64,000 nt of DNA, from assembly GCA_024680365.1 (NCBI GenBank), contig JAILCN010000168.1, positions 5,802 to 69,801 of the forward strand, given 5' to 3'. Each line of letters begins with the position of its first letter. Within the stretch, counting starts at the first letter, position 1. The position numbers were made by a program, and so were the translations under genes. The DNA is from Solobacterium sp. (GTDB taxonomy: Bacteria > Bacillota_I > Bacilli_A > Erysipelotrichales > Erysipelotrichaceae). The notes below the pieces were generated by a model. The model worked only from the letters and a program-made list of their open reading frames with translations, was not told where the DNA came from and ran no database searches. Positions 24,393-34,007 of the stretch are shown here, one piece after another.

Positions 24393-25170
24393 GAAAATGC
24401 TGATTAAAACATTGACCGCCTTTGGCATGATCGCAGTGTTTCTTCCCTGTGCGATCTACGGAGGATGGCCGCTGAAGGCCGTACTGGCTGCCATTGCCGT
24501 GATGACAGCGCATGAAACAGCTTCACTGACGGACGGGCAGACGCATCTTGCGATGACGGCGCTGAATTCCGTCTTTCTGCTGATCCTGCTGTTTACGCCG
24601 AAGACATACTTTATCGCCATCATTTCGATCTTTCTGCTGATCCTGTTCGGCATTGAGCTGGCAGATGAAAAAGTGACGACAGATTTTGTCGCATATACAT
24701 TCCTGATCATGAGCATGATGGCGATCGGCCTGACATGCCTGCGCGATCTGTATGCGGCAGGCAACGGCTTCCTGAAGTTCCTGTATGTTGCGCTTGCCTG
24801 CTTTGGCTGTGATACCGGTGCGTATTTTATCGGTGTCTTCTTCGGCAAGCACAAGATGATCCCGCGCGTCTCTCCCAACAAAACTTGGGAAGGCTCATTC
24901 GGCGGATATGTGACAGGTCTGGTGCTCTCACTGGTCTTCGGTCTGATCACGCTGAAGATGCTGCCGTCTTCGCTGATCTTTGCGGGCAGCTTCCTGATGC
25001 CGCTGACAGCACAGCTTGGTGATCTGAGCTTCTCTTCCATCAAAAGAAGATTTGCGATCAAAGATTTCGGCAATCTTTTCCCCGGTCACGGCGGCGCGCT
25101 GGACAGAATTGACAGCATCATTTTCTGTCTGATCACATTCTCGGGACTCTTGATCCTCTGGGGGTTCTGA
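24385..25170 (+). CDS. cdsA: Phosphatidate cytidylyltransferase
   Basis: DTGAY, SPNKTWEG, KDFGNLFPGHGGALDRIDS. Confidence 0.95.
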   Translation: MSKKMLIKTLTAFGMIAVFLPCAIYGGWPLKAVLAAIAVMTAHETASLTDGQTHLAMTALNSVFLLILLFTPKTYFIAIISIFLLILFGIELADEKVTTDFVAYTFLIMSMMAIGLTCLRDLYAAGNGFLKFLYVALACFGCDTGAYFIGVFFGKHKMIPRVSPNKTWEGSFGGYVTGLVLSLVFGLITLKMLPSSLIFAGSFLMPLTAQLGDLSFSSIKRRFAIKDFGNLFPGHGGALDRIDSIIFCLITFSGLLILWGF

Positions 25171-25173
25171 TCT

Positions 25174-26331
25174 ATGAAGAGACTTGTACTGCTTGGTGCG
25201 AGCGGCTCCATCGGCCTGCAGACGATCGATGTTGTGCTCAGCCATCCTGATGAATATTCACTGCGGGCGCTCGGTGTCGGAAACAACATTGACGCGCTCA
25301 GGAAGATCCTGGAAAAAGTCAGCGTGGATACCGTATCTGTCAGTAAAGCGGAAGACGCGGAGAAGCTTGCGAAAGAATATCCTGCGATCCGTTTCCTGAG
25401 CGGGGAGGAAGCGCTTGTTGAAATGGCGCGCCTTGACGGGTATGACGTACTGGTCAATGCGCTTGTCGGCTTTGCCGGTTTCCGGCCAACGGTTGCGGCG
25501 ATCGAAAGCGGACATGACGTTGCGCTGGCCAACAAGGAAACACTTGTGGTCGGCGGCGAGATCGTTTACGAAGCACTGCGCCGCTGCGGACGGAAACTGT
25601 ATCCGATCGACAGCGAGCACAGCGCGATCTTCCAGGCACTGCAGGGCAATGATCCTGCTTCGGTCAGAAAGCTGATCATTACGGCGTCCGGCGGCTCCTT
25701 CCGGAATCTTACGAGGGAGCAGCTGAAAGATGTTACCGTAGAGCAGGCGCTTGCCCATCCGAACTGGAACATGGGAGCGAAAATCACCATCGACAGCGCC
25801 GATATGATGAACAAAGGCTTTGAAGTGATCGAAGCGCACTGGCTGTTTGATATGGATTATGACAGGATCGAGGTTGTGATGCATGACGAATCCGTCATTC
25901 ATTCGATGGTCGAATACTGTGACGGCAGCATCATTGCCCAGATGGGAACAGCTGACATGCGTCTGCCGATCCAGTATGCCCTCAGCTGGCCGCAGCGTCT
26001 GGAACGGAAAGACGGACCGTTCCTGGATCTTGCGGCGATCGGCACCCTGCATTTCCGCAAGCCGGATGTCCGCAGATTCCCGCTGCTTTCCCTTGCCTAT
26101 GAAGCAGGCAGAAAAGGCGGCAATCTGACTGCTGTGATGAACGCTGCCAACGAAGCGGCCAACCTGGCGTTCCGTCAGAAGCGGATCCCGTTTACAGCGA
26201 TCGAGGATATCGTGATCACAGCGGTAAACAAAGTGCCTTTTGAAAAGGTGACATGTGCGGAAGATCTGATCCGTGCCGATGCGTGGGGCAGAGATTTCGC
26301 TGAAGATATGATAAGGAGAATCGGCGGATGA
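25174..26331 (+). CDS. dxr: 1-deoxy-D-xylulose-5-phosphate reductoisomerase
   Basis: LGASGSIG, LANKE, PIDSEHSAI, TASGG, HPNWNMG, NKGFE. Confidence 0.97.
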   Translation: MKRLVLLGASGSIGLQTIDVVLSHPDEYSLRALGVGNNIDALRKILEKVSVDTVSVSKAEDAEKLAKEYPAIRFLSGEEALVEMARLDGYDVLVNALVGFAGFRPTVAAIESGHDVALANKETLVVGGEIVYEALRRCGRKLYPIDSEHSAIFQALQGNDPASVRKLIITASGGSFRNLTREQLKDVTVEQALAHPNWNMGAKITIDSADMMNKGFEVIEAHWLFDMDYDRIEVVMHDESVIHSMVEYCDGSIIAQMGTADMRLPIQYALSWPQRLERKDGPFLDLAAIGTLHFRKPDVRRFPLLSLAYEAGRKGGNLTAVMNAANEAANLAFRQKRIPFTAIEDIVITAVNKVPFEKVTCAEDLIRADAWGRDFAEDMIRRIGG

Positions 26332-27392
26332 CATTGATTTATTTTCTGCTTCTGCTTTCTGTGATCATTGTGATCCATGAAGCGGGGCACCTGTTTGCCG
26401 CAAAGGGATTCGGCGTATACTGCTACGAATTTTCCTTCGGCATGGGACCGGTCATCTGGAAGAAGAAAAAAAAGGAGACACAGTACTCCATCCGGGCAAT
26501 TCCGATCGGCGGGTTTGTGGCGATGGCCGGCGAGCAGGACGGCGACGCTCTGTATGAGGATGTTGAAGTTCCTGATGACAGAAGACTGACAGCCAAGCCG
26601 TGGTGGCAGAAGATCATCATCATGCTGGCGGGCGTCTTCATGAATTTCACGCTGGCATATCTGATCTTTACGTTTGTACTGCTTTCCATGGGCGGCATCA
26701 GACTTTCACCGGAGCCGGTGATCGAAAGCGTGATCCCAGGATCTCCGGCTGAAAAAGCAGGCATGCAGGCAGGAGATGTCATCACGGAAGTCATCTGGGC
26801 AGACGGCACGTCCGTCAGGCCGGAAACGTTCCTTGATATTCAGTCGCTGACGACTGAGCCGGACAGGGAAAGGACCTATGTGATCCAGCGCGGTGATCAG
26901 GAACTGAAATTCGAGATCACACCGCAGTATTACGAGGAAGAGGATGCCTGGCTGGCCGGCATTCAGGGACCTTCCGGAACAGTACAGGAAGTCAATTTCG
27001 GCAACTGCTGGTATTACGGCTGGTATGAAATGAAACAGATCGTCAGACTGATGCTTACGATGATCGGGTCTCTGCTCAGAGGCCGCGGTCTGAATCAGCT
27101 TTCCGGTCCGGTGGGGATCTATGAAGCAACCGAAACATACGCTGCCCTTGGCTTCCAGAGCTTCATGTTCCTGGTTGCCCAGATCTCGCTCAATATCGGG
27201 ATCTTCAATCTTCTGCCGCTTCCGGTGCTGGACGGCGGACAGGTGGTGATCACACTGTGTGAAGCGATCGCCCGCAGGCCGCTGAACGAAAAGGTAAAGA
27301 CCGGAATTATGGCTGTATGCTGGGTGCTGCTGATCAGCCTGATGCTGTACGCGACATGGAATGATATTTCAAGAATTTTTGGAGGAAGATAA
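26328..27392 (+). CDS. rseP: RIP metalloprotease RseP
   Basis: HEAGH, PDZ-like segment, NLLPLPVLDGG. Confidence 0.94.
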   Translation: MTLIYFLLLLSVIIVIHEAGHLFAAKGFGVYCYEFSFGMGPVIWKKKKKETQYSIRAIPIGGFVAMAGEQDGDALYEDVEVPDDRRLTAKPWWQKIIIMLAGVFMNFTLAYLIFTFVLLSMGGIRLSPEPVIESVIPGSPAEKAGMQAGDVITEVIWADGTSVRPETFLDIQSLTTEPDRERTYVIQRGDQELKFEITPQYYEEEDAWLAGIQGPSGTVQEVNFGNCWYYGWYEMKQIVRLMLTMIGSLLRGRGLNQLSGPVGIYEATETYAALGFQSFMFLVAQISLNIGIFNLLPLPVLDGGQVVITLCEAIARRPLNEKVKTGIMAVCWVLLISLMLYATWNDISRIFGGR

Positions 27393-27393
27393 A

Positions 27394-28407
27394 ATGGCAG
27401 TGATTCTTGTAACGGGCGGAACCGGTTATATCGGTTCTCATACCTGCGTGGAACTGATCCAGGCAGGCTATGAAGTGATCGTGCTCGACAATCTTTACAA
27501 CTCTTCGGAAGCGGTACTGAACAGAATTGAAACGATCACAGGTACGAAGCCGAAGTTCTACAAAACAGACATCCTTGACAAAGAAGGTCTGCGCAGGATC
27601 TTTGCGGAAAACAAGATCGATGCCGTGATCCACTTTGCCGGATACAAAGCGGTCGGTGAATCTGTGCAGATCCCGCTGACATACTATGAAAACAATATTT
27701 CCGGTTCTGTGAATCTGTATGAGGCAATGAAGGAAGCCGGCTGCAAGACTCTGGTCTTCTCTTCCAGCGCGACTGTTTACGGTTCTCCGAAATCCTGTCC
27801 GATCCGTGAGGATTTCCCGGTATCCACGACAAATCCGTACGGCTCGACAAAGCTGATGAATGAAATGATCCTGCAGGATGTATGTGTTTCTGATCCTGAC
27901 TGGTCTGTCATGCTGCTGAGATATTTCAATCCGATCGGCGCGCATCCGAGCGGACTGATCGGTGAAGTGCCGAATGGCATTCCGAACAATCTTGTGCCTT
28001 ACATTGCCCGTGTTGCCAATGGAACACTGGAATTCCTGCGCGTGTTCGGCAATGATTATCCGACACCGGACGGCACCGGGGTCAGAGACTACATCCATGT
28101 CGTCGATCTTGCGAAGGGTCATATTTCCGCGCTCCGCTATGCGATGGAGCACAAAGGCGCTGAGAAGATCAATCTCGGGACCGGCAACGGCTACAGTGTT
28201 CTGGAAGTGCTGCATGCATATGAAGAAGCATGCGGAAAAAAACTTCCGTACAAGATCATGGAAAGACGTCCCGGCGATATCGCAGAATGCTGGGCAGACA
28301 CGGAAAAAGCGTGGAAGCTGCTGGGCTGGAAAGCAGAGTATGATATCCAGGCCATGTGCGAGCATTCCTGGAATTTCACGGTAAAGAATCCGGATGGAAT
28401 CAGATAA
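27394..28407 (+). CDS. galE: UDP-glucose 4-epimerase
   Basis: TGGTGYIGSH, KAVGES, YGSTK, RYFNPIGAH, RDYIHVVDLA. Confidence 0.96.
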   Translation: MAVILVTGGTGYIGSHTCVELIQAGYEVIVLDNLYNSSEAVLNRIETITGTKPKFYKTDILDKEGLRRIFAENKIDAVIHFAGYKAVGESVQIPLTYYENNISGSVNLYEAMKEAGCKTLVFSSSATVYGSPKSCPIREDFPVSTTNPYGSTKLMNEMILQDVCVSDPDWSVMLLRYFNPIGAHPSGLIGEVPNGIPNNLVPYIARVANGTLEFLRVFGNDYPTPDGTGVRDYIHVVDLAKGHISALRYAMEHKGAEKINLGTGNGYSVLEVLHAYEEACGKKLPYKIMERRPGDIAECWADTEKAWKLLGWKAEYDIQAMCEHSWNFTVKNPDGIR

Positions 28408-28408
28408 G

Positions 28409-28432
28409 ACAGGCGGCAAGCCTGTTTTTTTT
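28409..28432 (+). terminator. Terminator after galE
   Basis: ACAGGC-GGCAA-GCCTGT plus T-run. Confidence 0.75.
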
Positions 28433-28489
28433 GTATGCATGCATATATCCTTTTTGACTATTGTGCTATATAATAACAAAATAGGTGAA

Positions 28490-30688
28490 ATGATGAGACG
28501 GCTGAAAAGAACTTCCTTACTGACATTACTGATCTTCTGCATGAGCATTCTGCAGGGGGTTTTTGCGAATACATATGAAGTGAAGGCGGCAGACCGTTAT
28601 CCGATGGCCTGCGGCGTGTATGAAGTTGATACGGTCAGTGACGGCTCCGAGTTTGTGAAGCAGGGGTGCTACGATACCTTTGCGGCAGCGAAGAAAGCCA
28701 TGACGGAAGCAGGAAACGACGCTGTCGTCCGTCACAAGTCTTCCTTAAGTCCGACGAAGATCATTGCGATGACAAGAGGGATCGTGTATTCCTATCCGCA
28801 GCGCAGCAACTCCGTAACGCTGACGATCAAACAGTACAACGGGACCAAGAGCACGTATATGATCAAGCACCGCGAACTGGCGTACTTCGGGACCGAGTCT
28901 TATGACGGTTCCGGAAACGGAGAGGTCAGGGGAACGATCGCCGGCTTCCCGGGCGTTGTAAAGCTGAAAGATGTTGACCTTGTTCCGTATAAGTTTATCG
29001 AAAACGGAAAGGGGATCTGGCTTGGCGGCAATGACGCAACATCACAGAACGAACAGCCGTTCTTTGTATATGTCAAACAGAACTATTTCACTGTTGAGCA
29101 GAATGGCAATTATCGTGATCTGATGATGTATGTCTTCTCCGGCTGGGCGTCTTCCTCTACGGACAATGTTCCGGTCACGAAGGACCGTGTTGCGCTCGGT
29201 CCGGCGCCGGACTGGATGGAAACAGGTCAGAAGTATTACAGCTACAACTTCTATGATTTCTATACAGACCGCTATTACTCCAAAAAGGCGGGAACGCATC
29301 ACAGCTATTATATGTATCTTCCGCTCCGCACAAAGTCCAGCGTGACGGCGGAACAGTTTGATTCCTATCTGAAGAAAAGGGGAATCGTTTCCACCAGCGT
29401 CATGTACGGTGAAGGCGGCAGCTTTATCCGCTCCGGTGAGACATACGGCATGAACGCGATGCTTGTCTACGCCCAGGCCTGCATTGAATCCGGCTTCGGT
29501 CGTTCCAATTTCGCGATGAACCGGAAGAATCTGTTCGGCTGGGGCGCTGTGGATTCCAATCCCGGTCAGGCTGCGTATTATGACTCTGTAGAAGAAGGCG
29601 TGAAGGTCCATATCGGTGTTCAGCTCAGAGGCTATCTGTATACGCCGGATTACCGCTTCTTCGGCAGTCATTTCGGCCATAAGGGATCGGGCATCGGCGT
29701 GGAATACGCATCAGACCCGTATTACGGCGCGGTGATCGCCGGCATCTGCTATGCGATCGACAAGAACCTGAACAACTACAGCGGCAAGCTGACTGAATAC
29801 AACAAATACGCGCTCGGTGTCGTCAACGAGTTTGATACATATTTCTATGACAAGATCAACGGAACACCTGTATACTCTGCCCGCTACGGCAAAACGTACC
29901 AGCAGAGCCACACGGTCGTCCTGCTCGGTGAAAAAGACGGCTGGTACAAAGTCCAGTCAACGAACTATCTGAATGGTTCTGAACTTGTTGCAGTATCGAA
30001 AACAGTTGCGCCGATGAAGTACAACTGGGATACCAATGTTGTCTGGATCCCGAAAGAAAAGATCACCAGGATCAATGACGTGACGGTGAAGGATCTCTCC
30101 GGCAAGCCGAATCCGACGCCGACACCGACATCTTCTGCAACTGCCGAACCGTCGCCGTCCGCGGAACCTTCTCCTTCGGCTTCGGCTGAACCGACACCCT
30201 CCGCTTCCACAGAGCCGACACCGACGGCATCAGCGGAACCGACGCCGACACCTGAAGCGGCTCCCAAAGCGATGTACCGTGTCTACAACCCGAACACAGG
30301 CGAACATTTCTATACCGCGAAGAAGGCGGAGAAAGACGCGCTGGTCAGCTATGGATGGCAGTATGAAGGTATTGGCTGGTACGCGCCTGCCAAGAGCAAA
30401 ACGCCGGTATACAGACTGTATAACTCCATCGGCGGAGAACATCATTACACGGTGAAGAAAAAAGAACGTGATGTTCTGGTTGAGGCAGGATGGACGGCTG
30501 AAGGCACCGGCTGGTATTCGGATGATGAAAAGACAGTTCCGATCTACCGGGAATTCAATCCGAATGAATTTTCCTGCAATCACAACTATACTGCCAGCAA
30601 AAAGGAACATGATGCTCTGATCGAACTTGGCTGGGTCGATGAAGGCGTCGGCTGGTACGGTGTGAAGAAGCCGGAAACCAAAAAGTAA
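28490..30688 (+). CDS. Secreted GH73 glucosaminidase (autolysin) with P/T/S/A/E linker and C-terminal YRxYNP repeats
   Basis: Signal peptide; AQACIESGFG, NLFGWGA, YASDPYY; three ~47-aa repeats such as MYRVYNPNTGEHFYT..LVSYGWQYEG (DUF5648-like). Confidence 0.85.
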   Translation: MMRRLKRTSLLTLLIFCMSILQGVFANTYEVKAADRYPMACGVYEVDTVSDGSEFVKQGCYDTFAAAKKAMTEAGNDAVVRHKSSLSPTKIIAMTRGIVYSYPQRSNSVTLTIKQYNGTKSTYMIKHRELAYFGTESYDGSGNGEVRGTIAGFPGVVKLKDVDLVPYKFIENGKGIWLGGNDATSQNEQPFFVYVKQNYFTVEQNGNYRDLMMYVFSGWASSSTDNVPVTKDRVALGPAPDWMETGQKYYSYNFYDFYTDRYYSKKAGTHHSYYMYLPLRTKSSVTAEQFDSYLKKRGIVSTSVMYGEGGSFIRSGETYGMNAMLVYAQACIESGFGRSNFAMNRKNLFGWGAVDSNPGQAAYYDSVEEGVKVHIGVQLRGYLYTPDYRFFGSHFGHKGSGIGVEYASDPYYGAVIAGICYAIDKNLNNYSGKLTEYNKYALGVVNEFDTYFYDKINGTPVYSARYGKTYQQSHTVVLLGEKDGWYKVQSTNYLNGSELVAVSKTVAPMKYNWDTNVVWIPKEKITRINDVTVKDLSGKPNPTPTPTSSATAEPSPSAEPSPSASAEPTPSASTEPTPTASAEPTPTPEAAPKAMYRVYNPNTGEHFYTAKKAEKDALVSYGWQYEGIGWYAPAKSKTPVYRLYNSIGGEHHYTVKKKERDVLVEAGWTAEGTGWYSDDEKTVPIYREFNPNEFSCNHNYTASKKEHDALIELGWVDEGVGWYGVKKPETKK
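30113..30257 (+). repeat. Degenerate 18-24 bp coding repeats (AEPxPxAS linker)
   Basis: PTPTPTSSATAEPSPSAEPSPSASAEPTPSASTEPTPTASAEPTPTPE. Confidence 0.85.
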
Positions 30689-30938
30689 ACAGGGATCCCG
30701 ACAGGCGGTCCCGCAGGAAAGTTATATAGTTTTCTGGGAATGGCATGATCTTCGGGTCATGCCATTTCCTGTTCCGTCCGTTCACTCAGCGGGCTGAACC
30801 TGGTCAGATCATGAGCCGCTTCTTTTTGGGAAATATCACACGGAAACGATCCATGTTATAGTATACACATGCCGGAGCTGAAGACCCTGCAATACGGGAT
30901 CTATTCTTTCTGCTGAAACAAAAATGGAGTTGTATCAT

Positions 30939-31369
30939 ATGATCAGAAAAGCAGTCAGTCATGATGTATCACGTATTGCAGAAATACTGGTGTTCGTGAA
31001 AAGGATCAGATATCGCCCGATTTTTCAGGACGATGAGTATTCATTTGGTGTGCTCCAGGTACTGCCTGTTGCCAGGGAATACTCAGAGTATATGACGATC
31101 ATGGAATCGTGAAAGGCTTCATTCATATAGAGGGAAAAGAAATCAAGGAACTGTATGTTGATTATTTCTTTCAGAACATGGGAATAGGATCTGAACTGAT
31201 CGGGTTTGCCAGGGAAAAATATGATGTCAGGTTCTTATGGGCGATTGAAAAGAATACTGATGCGAACAGATTTTACGAAGCGCACGGTTTTCTTCAGACA
31301 GAAGAGAAAAAGCTCGAAAAAGGAACAACAGAATATATTGTCAGGATGGAATGGAGAACAGGAAGCTGA
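30939..31369 (+). pseudogene. Frameshifted GNAT acetyltransferase
   Basis: One frame reads MIRKA..DVSRIAEI..AREYSE. Another frame continues VYDDHGIVKGFI..ELYVDYFFQNMGIGSELI..NTDANRFYEAHGF. The shift is near 31085. Confidence 0.75.
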
Positions 31370-31422
31370 TCATAAAAATTCCGGATGACCGGATCTTCAA
31401 ATTTAATTCTCAAATTACATAG

Positions 31423-31458
31423 CCGGGAACTGACACGCGAATCAGTCCCGGTTTTTTT
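31423..31458 (+). terminator. Terminator after the GNAT gene
   Basis: CCGGGAACTGA-loop-TCAGTCCCGG plus T-run. Confidence 0.7.
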
Positions 31459-31539
31459 CTGCCCGGCTAGTTCAGACATATGCCGGAAAGCGGATTTTTA
31501 TTCATGAAAAAAGCAGACATTTCTGTCTGCCGGTACAGT

Positions 31540-32679
31540 TCAGAACTGACGGATACCTTTGACGAACGTGGTGATGACTTCGAAGCGGCTGTCCAGTACA
31601 GCAAGGTCGGCGTCATAGCCGCTGCGGATCATGCCGATGTGATCAGCCAGGCCAAGCATTTCCGCCGGATTGACGGTGCAGGAGCGGATCGCTGTATCGA
31701 TCGGGACGAGCGCTTTTTCAATGATGTTTCTGAGACCTTCGTTCATCTTCATTGTTGAGCCGGCGAGATTGCCTTCTTTGACAAGATGAGCGGAGCCGTC
31801 CGGATAGATCACGACTTCGTGACCGCCGAACAGGAACTTTGAGCCGGGCTCTGATCCCTTGCACATCAGGGAATCGCTGATCATAATGCACTTGTCTCTT
31901 GCTTTGGAATGGAAGAAGATATGCAGTGCTTCCGGCGTGCTGTGATTGCAGTCGCAGATCACTTCGCTGTAGAGATCATGCAGCCGCAGCGCAGCGCCGG
32001 CAATGCCGTTCTCCCGGTGGGTGAAGGGCGTCATTGCATTGTATGTATGGGTGACGGAGGAAGCACCGTTGGCAACAGCCAGCAGCATCTGTTCACAGGT
32101 TGCGGAAGAGTGTCCGACGGAAACGCGGATGCCGTTCTGGGCGCAGTATTTTGTCAGCGCGAAGCCATCGTCATGTTCAGGCGCAAGGGTGATGATCCTG
32201 ATCCGGTTTCCGGATGCTTCATTGTACTCCCGGAATTCTTCAATGCTGGGTGCTGCGATCGCTTCCGGCGGCTGGGCGCCTTTGTATTTCATGTCAAGAT
32301 AGGGACCTTCCAGATGAACGCCGAGGATCCGAGCACCTTTGTAATCTCCTCCGGCGACGTGATCAACATTTTTCAGGGCTTTGACCAGCGTTTCATGACT
32401 GTCTGTCAGAGTGGTCGCAAGCAGTCCGGTGACGCCTTCACGGACGATGCCTTCCGTCCATTTTCTCAGGCCGTTTTCATCCGCGTAGTTGGTATCGAAG
32501 CCGTATGCTCCGTGGCAGTGCACATCGATCATTCCGGGAATGATCATCGCATCCCCGAAGTCTTCATCTGCTGATCCGCTGCCGCACGGTTCAGCAGAGA
32601 TGATCCGTCCGTTTTCAATGACTAAATCAAGCGGAAGAAAACATCCGCATACATAGACACGACTGCTTCTGATTCTCAT
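31540..32679 (-). CDS. nagA: N-acetylglucosamine-6-phosphate deacetylase
   Basis: PGMIDVHCHG, HLEGPY, TLAPE, THTYNAM, LAGS. Confidence 0.95.
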   Translation of the reverse strand: MRIRSSRVYVCGCFLPLDLVIENGRIISAEPCGSGSADEDFGDAMIIPGMIDVHCHGAYGFDTNYADENGLRKWTEGIVREGVTGLLATTLTDSHETLVKALKNVDHVAGGDYKGARILGVHLEGPYLDMKYKGAQPPEAIAAPSIEEFREYNEASGNRIRIITLAPEHDDGFALTKYCAQNGIRVSVGHSSATCEQMLLAVANGASSVTHTYNAMTPFTHRENGIAGAALRLHDLYSEVICDCNHSTPEALHIFFHSKARDKCIMISDSLMCKGSEPGSKFLFGGHEVVIYPDGSAHLVKEGNLAGSTMKMNEGLRNIIEKALVPIDTAIRSCTVNPAEMLGLADHIGMIRSGYDADLAVLDSRFEVITTFVKGIRQF

Positions 32680-32784
32680 ATCGTTTTAAAACCTCCAGGT
32701 AATTTCACTCTAACACATTTCATGGTATTTGCGTGATTATCATTGTATGGATTTGGTATAATATAGGCATTACGGAGGTTGCTT

Positions 32785-33201
32785 ATGATTGGAATGATCG
32801 TTACCGGACACGGCAGCTTTGGAACCGGCATGGCCAGCGCGGTGAAACTGCTGGCAGGGATTCCGGAGAAATTCATGGCGGTTGATTTCCGCCAGGAAGA
32901 CAGTGCTGATGATCTTGAAATGAATCTGAAACACGCAGTCAGAGAGATTGGAAACGAAAGCGGGATCCTGATTCTCTGTGATCTGGTGAATGATACGCCG
33001 TACAGAACTGCAGTTGAGCTGAAAGAGAAGCTGGCGGAAGAGTACAGGATCGAGATCGTCGGCGGCGTGAATCTCGGCATGCTTGTGCAGATCAATCTGG
33101 CGAGAGGATATGTTGCGAATGTTTCAGACCTTGCGGATCTAGCAGTCGATGAAGGCCGCAAACAGATCCTGAAATATGAAGAAGAGGAAGAGAATTCCTG
33201 A
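32785..33201 (+). CDS. Mannose-family PTS IIA
   Basis: IVTGHGSF (phospho-His), ILCDL..TP, GVNLGML. Confidence 0.88.
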   Translation: MIGMIVTGHGSFGTGMASAVKLLAGIPEKFMAVDFRQEDSADDLEMNLKHAVREIGNESGILILCDLVNDTPYRTAVELKEKLAEEYRIEIVGGVNLGMLVQINLARGYVANVSDLADLAVDEGRKQILKYEEEEENS

Positions 33202-33218
33202 TTAGGAAGGGTTGAGTT

Positions 33219-34007
33219 ATGAATGTATTATTGATCTTAACTGTATTTCTGCTGGCTGCGGATCAGTTCCTGTTTACAGGGTTTCTGAGCAGACCGCTGC
33301 CTGCCTGCACGCTGATCGGCGCGGTATGCGGCAATACAGGCGCCGGCGTCATGGCCGGAGGTGCTCTGGAAATGCTGCTGGCAGGGCAGGATGTGTCGGT
33401 CCGCGTCCTTGACCGCAGAAGCTATGTTCTGTGCAGCTGTGCGGCTGTGATCCTTGTTTCCGCCGCCGGTCTGAAGCCGGAAGCGGCAGCCGGCATCGCG
33501 GCAGTGCTGATCGCTGCCGGTACGGGACTGAATCATCTGCTTTCCATTCTGTTCACATCGTTCCTTGCTCCGGCAAGAAACGCTGCCGAAACAAGAAACG
33601 AAACAAAACTGGCAGTCACGCATTTCCTGCCGGTCGTACTGGCTTCCGCTGTCTTTGCGGTATGTGCGGCTGTTCTTTACGGCATGATCCAGACAAAGAG
33701 CGACAGCATTGCTGCTCTGGCGGCAGATTACCGCTGGGTATACAAAGGACTCTGTGCAGCGGGAAGCCTGCTTCCCTGCGTCGGTCTTGCGATCCTGCTG
33801 AGAAATCTTTCCGTGAAGGACATGAAAGGGGCGTTCTGGGCAGGTGCGGCATCTGCTTCGATGATCACGGCAGCTCTGAGTCCGGCATCTGCGCTGGCAC
33901 TCTGTGCGGCGATCGCCTTTGGCGCGGCAGGGTATGATTATCATCGTCTGACAGAAGGACAGACACCGGCAAAAACACAGAAAGGAGGCGCTCAGAAATG
34001 GTGGTAG
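33219..34007 (+). CDS. Mannose-family PTS IIC (divergent)
   Basis: SRPLPACTLIG..G..AGGALEM, GSLLPCVGLAILL; hydrophobic; lies between IIA and IID. Confidence 0.75.
   Translation: MNVLLILTVFLLAADQFLFTGFLSRPLPACTLIGAVCGNTGAGVMAGGALEMLLAGQDVSVRVLDRRSYVLCSCAAVILVSAAGLKPEAAAGIAAVLIAAGTGLNHLLSILFTSFLAPARNAAETRNETKLAVTHFLPVVLASAVFAVCAAVLYGMIQTKSDSIAALAADYRWVYKGLCAAGSLLPCVGLAILLRNLSVKDMKGAFWAGAASASMITAALSPASALALCAAIAFGAAGYDYHRLTEGQTPAKTQKGGAQKWW

Noticed and set aside
30113-30257. Tandem repeats as a CRISPR array
   Set aside because: They are in-frame degenerate coding repeats with no spacers and no cas genes.
30790-30820. GAACCTGGTCAGATC resembles part of the SRP RNA core
   Set aside because: The GGAA loop and AGCAGC half are missing, and the match is too short to call ffs or an att remnant.
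32750-32766. TTGGTATAA as a NagR/GntR operator between nagA and the PTS genes
   Set aside because: Only a half-site, and it is fully explained as an extended -10 (TGgTATAAT).
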